Positions 10,699 to 19,263 of a DNA stretch of 64,000 nucleotides are shown piece after piece. Numbering within the stretch: the first letter of the stretch is position 1; each line of letters starts with the position of its first letter. Under the pieces are notes generated by a model. The model saw only the letters and a program-made list of their open reading frames with translations. It searched no databases and was not told where the DNA came from. The translations under genes were made by a program, and so were the position numbers. Source of the DNA: an uncultured Pseudomonadota bacterium. GTDB taxonomy: Bacteria; Myxococcota_A; Polyangia; Fen-1088. The stretch covers positions 96,001-160,000 of the forward strand of contig CAWKBC010000017.1 of assembly GCA_963847705.1 (NCBI GenBank), given 5' to 3'.

Positions 10699-13303
10699 GT
10701 GCTTTGTTCTGTCCGGTCCCGCACAATTCTGCCCATCGTTCTGGCGCTCGCGCTGGACGTCGGTGCGCCTGCCGTGACGCGCGCGGAGGCGCCGGCGCCG
10801 CGGCTGCAGCCGCCAGTGGTGATTGAGGAGAACCGTCCGGCGTATCCCGCCGAGGCGCTACCCACCCGACCGACCGGCGAGGTCTCGGTGACGGCGACGG
10901 TCAATGTCGCCGGCGAGGTGAGCGGCGTCGAGCTGGCCCAGGGGGTGGCACCCCCGCTCGATCGTGCGGCGCTGGACGCGGCCACCCGGTGGCGGTTTCG
11001 GCCCGCCACCCGCGACGGAGTCCCCGTCGCCAGCCGCGTCCAGCTGCTGTTTCACTTCGAGCCACCACCAGTCGTCGCTCCGACAGTGACTCCGGCGGCG
11101 TCGGCAGCCGCCCCGCCGCCCGGGGCGGTGTCGACCACCTTACCCACGTCGAACCCCGGCGTGCCGGCGCTTCCCGAGATCGCTCCCGTGCCGGCATCGA
11201 AACCGGGAGAAGCCGCGGCGATTGACGTCGACGTGCGAGGCCGCCGACAACAGGAGCCGAACCGCGGCGCCTCCGATTCTCGAGATCCAGGTCGGGCAGC
11301 TGGCGGTCATCGCCAATCAGAAGGCCTCGGACATCCTGCAGCTGGCGCCGGGGATCTTCATCGCCAACGAAGGAGGCTCCGGCCACGCCGATCAGGTCTT
11401 CCTGCGCGGGTTCGACGCCGAGCAGGGGCAGGCGATCGAGTTCACCGTCAATGGTGTCCCGATCAACGAGGTCGACAACACCGACGGCCACGGCTACGCC
11501 GACACGCACTTCATCATTCCCGAGCTGGTGAAGAACCTGCGGGTCATCGAGGGGCCGTTCAGCCCGCGCCAGGGGGACTTCGCCGAGGCCGGGAGCGCCG
11601 ACTACCAGCTGGGGGTGCCGGACCGACGGCTCGAGCTCAGCGCCAGTTACGGCTCGTTCAACACGCGCCGCACCCTGGCGCTCTGGGCGCCCGAGAACGA
11701 GCGCGAGGGGACCTTCGCGGCGGCGCAGTTCTTCCAGAGCGACGGGTTCGGCACCAACCGGGCCAGCACCAACGGGAGCGCGATGGCCGAGTACGAAGGA
11801 GATCTGGGGGCGCGCGGCTCGTGGCGGCTGCTCGGCACCGCTTACGGCACCCATTACCAGAGCGCCGGCGTCGTGCGGGCGGACGACGTGGCCTCCGGCC
11901 GGATCGGCTATTACGGCACCGAGGACGCCGCCCAGGGGGGCGACGCCCAGCGCTACACGCTCTCCTTCGATCTGCAGAGCCCGAGCGACAAGGACTTCCT
12001 GGCCCAGCAGGTGTTCCTCACCTGGCGCTCGCTCCGCATCGACGAGGACTTCACCGGCTTCCTGCTCGACAACCAGGAGCTCGGCCAGAGCTATCACCCC
12101 CAGCGCGGCGACATGATCGAGCAGGACTACACCGCGTTCACCGCCGGCGCGCGCGGCAGCGACAAGCGGACCGGCTTTTTCTTGGGGCGGCCTCAGTCCC
12201 TCGAGGTCGGTTACTACGCCCGCTACGATCACACCACCCCGGAGATCCAGCGTCTGCGCTTCGGGACCCAGAAACCCTACGCCGTCGACGAAGACCTCAC
12301 CACGGACATCATGAACCTGGCGCTCTATGCCGATCTCGACCTGCGACCGACGCGCTGGCTGACCGTGCGCGGCGGGATCCGGCAGGAGTACTTCGACTAC
12401 AACGTTCTCAACGCCTGCGCGACCGGAGCCGACGGGTTCATCCAGAACACCCCACTCAACCCGATCTGCCCCTCGTACGACAGCACCGGGCCCCGGCTGC
12501 CGACCGAGCGCGACACCGCCACCGCCCTGGTGACCGAGCCGAAGGTCACGGTGCTGGCCCAGGTGGCGCGGCCGCTGACCCTGACGGCCAGCTACGGCCA
12601 GGGGGCGCAGTCCCTCGACGCCGTCTACATCACCCAGAACGAGCAGGCGCCATTTTCGAGCATCAGTGCGGCCGAGGGGGGCGCCATCTACCACCAGCGC
12701 TTCATTCCGGTCGATCTGACCGCGCGCGCCGTGGGGTTCTACACCCACGTCAGCCGCGATCTGATCTTCAACCCGACCTTGGGCCGTTTGACGACCTCGA
12801 CCGGCACCACCCGGGACGGCGGGCTGGTCTCGCTGCGCGCGACCGGTCGTTGGTTCGACGAGCTCGCTTCGGCCACCTACGCGCATGCCACCTACGACGT
12901 CGACGGCACGCTGGTCCCCTATGTGCCGTCGGTGATCGCGCGCTCCGACACCGCGGTGTTCGGACCGCTCGGCCGGCGTCGCTTCTTTGATCATGGGTTG
13001 ACCGGGACGGCCGGCTTCGCCGTCAACTTCGTGGGGCCGCGGGCCTTGCCGTTCAGCCAGACCGCGGCGTCGACGCTGGAGCTCGACGCCTCGGCCAGCG
13101 TGCGGTGGAGCTTCCTGCGCCTCGGCCTCCTGGCCCAGAACCTCACCGACGCGCGCTATCCACTGACCGAGCTCTACTACGCCTCGAACTTCAACAGCCG
13201 CGCGGAACCGACGCTGGTTCCGACCGAGCACTTCAGCGCGGCGCCGCCGTTCTCGCTGCTGGCGACGGTGTCGCTGCTCTTCGACGCGGGGAACGAGCGA
13301 TGA
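10699..13303 (+). CDS. TonB-dependent receptor with N-terminal TonB C-terminal-like domain; +1 frameshift at ~11277
   Basis: Signal peptide, TonB_C (PAYPAEA..GEV..LDRAALDAATRWRFRPA), then plug (LQLAPG, FLRGFD, VNGVPIN, IPELV..VIEGP) and beta-barrel in the +1 frame. Deleting one T in CCGATTC joins them into about 867 aa. Confidence 0.88.
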
Positions 13304-14265
13304 GGCTCGGCACCTGGGGGCTGGCGCTGCTGGCGCTGGGCGCGGTGGAGTGCGGCGGAACGACCGGCGGCAACTTGATCCAGATGCCGCTCCTGGTGGG
13401 CGGGATCGCGCGGGACGCCTCGCAGCCTTTCACCTTCGTCACCGGGCAGGGCTGGAACGTCACGCTCACCCAGGCCGAGGTGGTGTTGGGGCCACTCTAT
13501 TTCAACATCGATGCGCCCTCGACGGCCTCGTTTCGGAGCGGCGTGGTGATCGTCCAGGCCACCCAGCAGTTCATCGTCGACATGCTCGATCCGACGCTCC
13601 AGAACGTTCCGGGCGGCGCCGACGGCGAGACGGGAACCGCCGTCTCGGTGGAGGTCGGATTTTATACGACGGTCAATCAGTACAACGACATGGCCCTGGT
13701 GGGCGCCGACGGAGGCGCCATGAAAACGCTGCCCGCGCCGCTGGCGGCCGACGGTCAGCAGGGGACGGCCTACCTGGCCGGGGAAGCGACCAAGCAGGGG
13801 GCGGTCGTCCATTTTGCCGGCCGGGTTCAGATCACCGGCGCGCTCGTCACGCAGGGCACGCCCATCGACTTTCTGGCGACGCTCACCGGCGCCTGCGCCG
13901 GCATCACGCCCCCCGCCTGTGGCCTGAAATTCACCACCACCAGCGGTCCGCTGCAGCTGCGGGTGAATCCCGCGGACTGGTTCAACCAGGCTGACTTTTG
14001 CAACGTGGTGCGGCCGCCACCGGTGCAGGCCGTCGGCGACGGCGGCCTGGGCGACGCAGGCGCTGGCGACGCGGGGCCAAGCGTCGTCTCCACTGGCCAA
14101 ACTGGCGACGCCGGCGTCGATGCGGGCACCCCTGCCGGCGCTCCCTGCGCCCCCACCGCGGGGACGGTTTACGACTGGACCGACACCAATCCGTTCAACT
14201 CGGCGGTGCTGCAGGGAATGAAGGGGAGCGCCGGGGTCTATCGCTTCAGCCTCGGTGGTCAATGA
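13300..14265 (+). CDS. Uncharacterised lipoprotein associated with the TonB-dependent receptor
   Basis: ATGA overlap with the receptor, lipobox-like LGAVE-CGG, beta-rich body. Confidence 0.75.
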   Translation: MRLGTWGLALLALGAVECGGTTGGNLIQMPLLVGGIARDASQPFTFVTGQGWNVTLTQAEVVLGPLYFNIDAPSTASFRSGVVIVQATQQFIVDMLDPTLQNVPGGADGETGTAVSVEVGFYTTVNQYNDMALVGADGGAMKTLPAPLAADGQQGTAYLAGEATKQGAVVHFAGRVQITGALVTQGTPIDFLATLTGACAGITPPACGLKFTTTSGPLQLRVNPADWFNQADFCNVVRPPPVQAVGDGGLGDAGAGDAGPSVVSTGQTGDAGVDAGTPAGAPCAPTAGTVYDWTDTNPFNSAVLQGMKGSAGVYRFSLGGQ

Positions 14266-14684
14266 AGTGGCGCAGAAACCAGCGGTTTTCGTCCTCGGCG
14301 AAGTCGTTCGCCGTCGCGATGACGCTGATCGCGACGGTCGCGCAGTTCTTTGCGCTCTCGCACGAGGTCACGGTCCGGCACTTCCGCTGCGCCGAGCACG
14401 GCGAGCTGACGCACGTCGCAGCCACCTCGGGCGACTCCCCGCTGCCGGTCCCGCCGCCCACGGACGCGCTCCGGCGCGGAGAGGCCGCCGCGCCCGACGC
14501 GCACGAGCACTGCGCCGCGGCGTTCACCCTCGAGGGCGGTTCGTCGTCGCCGTTTGTCGGCGGCGCGGCTCGCCTCGCTCCGCCGCCGCAGGACTGTCCG
14601 CCGCCTCTCTTCCCTCTGGTCCGGGATCGCACCTTCGTCCTGGCCAGCGCGCCCAAGACCTCGCCTCCCGCCGTCCGCGCCTGA
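14262..14684 (+). CDS. His/Cys-rich leader protein, copy 2 (putative metal-sensing arrest peptide)
   Basis: ATG overlaps the upstream stop. 41 nt identical to copy 1 (14379-14419 vs 10265-10305) and the same three motifs. Confidence 0.8.
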   Translation: MKWRRNQRFSSSAKSFAVAMTLIATVAQFFALSHEVTVRHFRCAEHGELTHVAATSGDSPLPVPPPTDALRRGEAAAPDAHEHCAAAFTLEGGSSSPFVGGAARLAPPPQDCPPPLFPLVRDRTFVLASAPKTSPPAVRA

Positions 14685-14728
14685 CCGCGATCGCGTGCGC
14701 TCCCGGAGAGCCCGGACGGGAGGCGCAC
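14662..14728 (+). promoter_or_regulatory. Mutually exclusive RNA hairpins (putative attenuator)
   Basis: 14713-14725 (CGGACGGGAGGCG) can pair with the leader's 3' codons at 14662-14677. The overlapping 14717-14728 can instead pair with 14695-14705 (GTGCGCTCCCG). Confidence 0.55.
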
Positions 14729-14784
14729 TCCAGTTCCCTTTACACCGGGCGAGACGGCGACCTGTGAATCGAATGGAGAGAGTG

Positions 14785-16053
14785 ATGAAGAACAAGACGA
14801 AAATGATGATGCTCGGGTCTGTGCTGGGTCCGCTGGCGGCGGCCGGTTGCGGGGGAAGCAGCAGCAGCTCCAACGGCAACGACCCCCAGAGCCCTCCGGC
14901 CGGAACCATGCTGACGGCGCCCACCATCAACTTCTCGATGACCTCGCCCAACACCCCGCTGTCGGTCCAGGTCACGTTCTCGGGAGAGACCTTGGGAATC
15001 AATGGCCTGCCATTTCAGCCGGTCAGTCAGGGAGATCCCTACTTCGTGGATGGCTGGAACATGACGATCGACGAAGACATCGTGGTGGTTGGCAACATCA
15101 CGCTCAATGCCATGCCGACCGAGGACCAGACCTGGTACGACATGGGTCCGCAAGTGGCCCACAAGGTGGGTCCCTACGTCTTTGATGCCCACCAGGCGGC
15201 CGGGTTCATCGGCAAGGACGGCATCGAGCCGGCCAGCCCGATGTTCGTCTTCAACAATGAGGACGACGGGTCGTCGTTCGATTCGAACCAGCGCTACGCC
15301 TTCTCTTACGACACGGTCGTGGCCGCTTATCCGGCCTGGAACCTGAACCTGACGTCGCAAGGGGAGGCCGACTACGACACGATGGTTTCGAACGGCTGGA
15401 ACAAATTCATCCGCGCCACCGCCACCTACGTCGGGACCGGGACCTACCCCGACCCCTCCGTGCAGGCGAAGTTCGCCGCTCTTCCGACCACCGTCAACTT
15501 CACGATGGGCTGGAACGACGCCACCTCCAACACCAACTGCGTCAACGCGGATCTCGGCCCCGAGGACGATCTGATGAACAGGGGCGTCGTCATCTTTCCC
15601 AACCAGGCCTCGGTCGCTCAGATCACGATGCACGTCGATCACCTCTTCTGGGACAAGCTGAAACAGGAGGGGGCGGCGCTGCGCTTCGATCCGATCGCGG
15701 CCTTCGCGCCGGCGGACACCAGCACCACGTCGTTCAGCCTCAACAGCTTCCACGCCCAACACCTGCTGGCGACCTTCGCCGATGGATCGCCCCTCCCGGA
15801 CCGGGCGCCCGACCAGCCGAATCCCTCGCCCAACGCTGGAGCGAACACCCCCGACGACGTCCAACCGAATCCGCTTCAGATCACCTTCAACCTCAACGGC
15901 GTCACCGCGCCGGACGGATCGGCCTTCCCCGACGACCTGGTGCAGTTCATGGCCTTCAGCGCGCAATCGCAGATGCACCTGAACGCCCAGGGGCTCTGTT
16001 ACATCAAGGGACAAAATCCCGCCGACCCCTATTACGCCCCGAGCGTTCAGTAG
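14785..16053 (+). CDS. Uncharacterised acidic lipoprotein, possible metal-binding surface protein
   Basis: GGAGAG RBS, lipobox AAAG-C, Ser linker, HVDH and MHLNAQGLC motifs. Confidence 0.8.
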   Translation: MKNKTKMMMLGSVLGPLAAAGCGGSSSSSNGNDPQSPPAGTMLTAPTINFSMTSPNTPLSVQVTFSGETLGINGLPFQPVSQGDPYFVDGWNMTIDEDIVVVGNITLNAMPTEDQTWYDMGPQVAHKVGPYVFDAHQAAGFIGKDGIEPASPMFVFNNEDDGSSFDSNQRYAFSYDTVVAAYPAWNLNLTSQGEADYDTMVSNGWNKFIRATATYVGTGTYPDPSVQAKFAALPTTVNFTMGWNDATSNTNCVNADLGPEDDLMNRGVVIFPNQASVAQITMHVDHLFWDKLKQEGAALRFDPIAAFAPADTSTTSFSLNSFHAQHLLATFADGSPLPDRAPDQPNPSPNAGANTPDDVQPNPLQITFNLNGVTAPDGSAFPDDLVQFMAFSAQSQMHLNAQGLCYIKGQNPADPYYAPSVQ

Positions 16054-16062
16054 GACCACGAC

Positions 16063-17187
16063 ATGAGCGCGATGGAATCGGTCAAGGAGGTCCTGCTGGC
16101 CTCGGGCGCCGGGTGGGTGCTCTGGTTTTTGGGGGCGCTGTCCATGTCCAGCCTGGCGCTGGCGATGGAGCGCTGGCTCTACCTGCGCAAGCGCGGCGGC
16201 GATCTGGAAGCGCTGGCGCGGATGCTGGACGAGCAGCTGCGGGCCGGGGACTTCGCGCGCGCCCGCCAGTTGCTGGAGGCGAGCCCCGCGGTGGCGGCGC
16301 GCGTGGCGGACGCCGGGCTGCGGCTCGCCGAGCGCGGGACCGAGGCGGCGGAGAAGGCGATGGACAGCGCGGCGGCGCTGGAGCGCGGGCGGCTCGAGCG
16401 GGGGCTGGCGTTCCTGGCCACCATCGGAAACAACGCGCCCTTCGTCGGCCTGTTCGGGACGGTGGTCGGCGTCATCCACGCCTTCGAGGAGCTGGGGCAC
16501 GCCGCCCCGGGCCACGGCGCGACCTCGGCGGGGCAGGTGGCCTCGCAGGCGGTGATGGCGGGGATCGCCGAGGCGCTGGTGGCGACCGCGGTCGGCATCG
16601 CCGTCGCGCTGCCGGCGGTGGCCACCTACAACTATCTGCAGCGGCGGGTGACGTCGCTGCTCTCCGGGACCGACGTGCTGTCGAGCCTGGTGCTGGCCTA
16701 CGTCGCCGACGACAGCGCGCGGACCGCGCGCGGCGCCGGTGCTGCGGGAGGTGTCAGGTGGCGGGCAGCTAGCGGCGGCGACAACGGCGGGCTCATCCAG
16801 GGCATCAACGTCACGCCGCTGGTCGACGTGATGCTGGTGCTGCTGGTGATCTTCGTGGTGACCGCCAAGATCATCGTGACGCCGGCGGTGCCGCTCGATC
16901 TGCCGCACGCCGCCCACGGCGAGGAGGTGCAGGTGGTCCTGTCGATCATCCTGCCGGTGCGCGGCCCCATGCTGGTCAACGGCGCGGCGGTGACCGACGA
17001 CGCCGGATTCGAGGGGCTCGCCCGCGCGGCCTTCGCCGGGAACCCCGAGCTGCGCGCGGTCATCCAGGCCGACGGCGAGGTGCCCCACCGCAAGGTGGTC
17101 CACCTGCTCGACGAGCTGAAGGGGGTGGGCATCACCCGCGTCGCCTTCGGCGCGCTCCCCGACGCTCCGGCGTCGCCCCGGCCGTGA
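16063..17187 (+). CDS. ExbB (MotA/TolQ) and ExbD (TolR) in a single reading frame
   Basis: ExbB: LATIGNNAPFVGLFGTV, GIAEALVATAVG. ExbD: INVTPLVDVMLVLLVIF, IQADGEV. Confidence 0.85.
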   Translation: MSAMESVKEVLLASGAGWVLWFLGALSMSSLALAMERWLYLRKRGGDLEALARMLDEQLRAGDFARARQLLEASPAVAARVADAGLRLAERGTEAAEKAMDSAAALERGRLERGLAFLATIGNNAPFVGLFGTVVGVIHAFEELGHAAPGHGATSAGQVASQAVMAGIAEALVATAVGIAVALPAVATYNYLQRRVTSLLSGTDVLSSLVLAYVADDSARTARGAGAAGGVRWRAASGGDNGGLIQGINVTPLVDVMLVLLVIFVVTAKIIVTPAVPLDLPHAAHGEEVQVVLSIILPVRGPMLVNGAAVTDDAGFEGLARAAFAGNPELRAVIQADGEVPHRKVVHLLDELKGVGITRVAFGALPDAPASPRP

Positions 17188-17191
17188 CGGC

Positions 17192-18052
17192 ATGAGCGAG
17201 CGCGAGCCGACGTCCGAGATCGACGAAGCCCCGGGCCAGGTGCAAGGGAAGGAACAGGGGAGAGAACCGGGGGAGCTCCGCATCGTCGACCTGGTGTTCG
17301 CGGGCGAGCCGGGCGGACGGGTGCGTCGCCTCGCCATCGGTGGCGCCTGCGTCGTCGCGCTCTACGCCGGTGCGATCCTGGTGGTGGGGCACTTCGGGCG
17401 ATCAGGCGCGTCGATCTGCGCGGAGATGGCGGCCCGCGTGCACGACGCGATCGCGGCCGAGCGCGCCGTCGACGTCACGCCGCCGCCCAAACCCCCGCCG
17501 CCGGCCGAGTCGCCGCCCACGCCGCACGTGGCGGAGCCGGCGCTCCGGGAGCACGTCCACACGGCGGCCGCGCACCACGCGCCAGCCGCGCCGGCGCAGG
17601 CGGGCCAGATTGCCGCCGCCACCACCTCACCCGTCGACTTCACCGGCTCGGCGTTCGTGGTCGGGTCGGGGCCGTCGTACGCCGGGGGCGCCACCACCAG
17701 CGCGGGGACGAACCGCAAGCCGGCCACCGGCGCCGTCGCGCCCAACGGCACCGGCGACGGCGCGGCGCGCAGCCGGGCGCGCCCCGTGTCGCTGGATCAG
17801 GCCGCCTGGAACTGCCCCTGGCCGGCCGAGGCCGACGCGCGTCAGGTCGATCAGGAGACGGTGGTCATCCGGGTGGCGGTCGGGACGGACGGGCGCGCCG
17901 ATCGGGTCGATGTCTTGCAGGATCCGGGATTCGGCTTTGGGCCGGCGGCGCGGCAGTGCGCGCTGGCCACGCGGTTCGGCGCGGCTCGCAACCCGGCCGG
18001 CGATCCGATCGCCGCGCTCTCACCGCCCATTCGGGTTCACTTCTTTCGATGA
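17192..18052 (+). CDS. Energy transducer TonB-like protein
   Basis: TM helix with His, Pro-rich linker, C-terminal TonB-like domain (CPWPAEA..VRVAV..DPGFGFGPAARQC). Confidence 0.8.
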   Translation: MSEREPTSEIDEAPGQVQGKEQGREPGELRIVDLVFAGEPGGRVRRLAIGGACVVALYAGAILVVGHFGRSGASICAEMAARVHDAIAAERAVDVTPPPKPPPPAESPPTPHVAEPALREHVHTAAAHHAPAAPAQAGQIAAATTSPVDFTGSAFVVGSGPSYAGGATTSAGTNRKPATGAVAPNGTGDGAARSRARPVSLDQAAWNCPWPAEADARQVDQETVVIRVAVGTDGRADRVDVLQDPGFGFGPAARQCALATRFGAARNPAGDPIAALSPPIRVHFFR

Positions 18053-18363
18053 GGCGCGCGCCGAACATTGGCCGGATCCTGGCGTCGGCGGCGCTCGCCG
18101 GCCTGGCCACGCTCGGCGGCTGCCACCGGCACACCGCCAGCGCCGCCGACTGCCGCGCCATCCTCGACCGCCTGGTCGCGCTGGAGCTGCAGGAGCAGGG
18201 GTTCCATGATCCGGCGCTGGTGCCGCGCTGGCAGGAGGAGCTGGCGCGCCGCTTCGACGACGATCTGCGCCGTTGCCGCGCCGTCCGTGTCGGCGACGAT
18301 CTCGCGGTCTGTCTGCGGGCCGCTCAGAACCCCGAGGAGATCGCGCACCATTGCGTGAAGTGA
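18049..18363 (+). CDS. Small Cys-containing lipoprotein
   Basis: ATGA overlap, lipobox LGG-C, four further Cys in a helical body. Confidence 0.7.
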   Translation: MRRAPNIGRILASAALAGLATLGGCHRHTASAADCRAILDRLVALELQEQGFHDPALVPRWQEELARRFDDDLRRCRAVRVGDDLAVCLRAAQNPEEIAHHCVK

Positions 18364-18408
18364 TCCATCTCATAAATTGACGGGCGACCGGCGCCGAGCG
18401 ACGCCTCA

Positions 18409-18434
18409 CATCGCGACACTGGCGATGGTATGGT
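18409..18434 (+). promoter_or_regulatory. Candidate operator palindrome and -10 box upstream of the metal ABC genes
   Basis: CATCGC-N7-GCGATG (18409-18427) followed by TATGGT (18429-18434). Confidence 0.3.
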
Positions 18435-18443
18435 CGCCGCGAT

Positions 18444-19263
18444 TTGTCGACGGTGAGCAGCTCTCCCACAACGTCCCCCACCGCGCCACGCCTCCCTGCG
18501 GGGGAGGGCCTCCTGCACGCGCGGGCGCTCACCGTCGGGTACGACGGCGTCCCGATCTTGCCCCCGCTCACGCTCACGGTCGGCGCGGGGGAGCTGTGGG
18601 CCGTCATCGGGCCGAACGGCGCCGGCAAGTCGACCTTCGTCCGCACGGCCCTCGGGCTCTCTCATCCCGTCGGCGGCACCATCGAGCGCCGGCCGGGCCT
18701 CCGCCTGGCTTACGTTCCGCAGCAGTCGGCCCTCGACGCCATCTTCCCGATCTCGGTCCTGGACTTCGTGCTCATGGGCCTGCAGGGGACCGACAATGTG
18801 ACGCTGGCGAACCCGCGGGCGTACTTCGGCCGCGCCCGCGCCGCGCTGGCGGAGGCGGGCGTCGAGGCGCTGGCGCGGCGGCAGCTTCGCGATCTCTCGG
18901 GCGGGCAACGACAGCGTGTGCTCATGGCGCGGGCGCTGGCGACCGACGCCGATTCTCATCTTCCTCGACGAGCCGACCGCCGCGCTCGACGCATCCTCCG
19001 AACAGGAGGTGCTCGATCTCATTCAGCGTCTCCGCCAGGTGCGGGGCGCCGCGGTCGTGATGGTGACCCACCTCGTCGAGGACGGCCTCGAGCGGGCCGA
19101 CCACGCGCTCCTGCTCGATCGCGATCACCGGGTGGCGTTCGCGGCCACCGCCGCGGCGATGCGCTCCGCGCCCGACTTCGAGAACATCTACGCCCGCTTC
19201 GTCGGACGCCGGGCCCAGGACCGGACCCAAGAAGAGATGCAAAACAAACGGGAAACGCCGTGA
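18444..19263 (+). CDS. Metal ABC transporter ATPase (ZnuC-like); +1 frameshift at ~18953
   Basis: GPNGAGKST, YVPQ and LSGGQRQR in one frame, LIFLDEPT and VTH in the +1 frame. Deleting one T restores DADLIFLDEPT. Confidence 0.88.

Noticed and set aside
11280-12990. C-terminal part of the 763-aa ORF
   Set aside because: Out-of-frame read-through after the frameshift; the receptor sequence is in the +1 frame.
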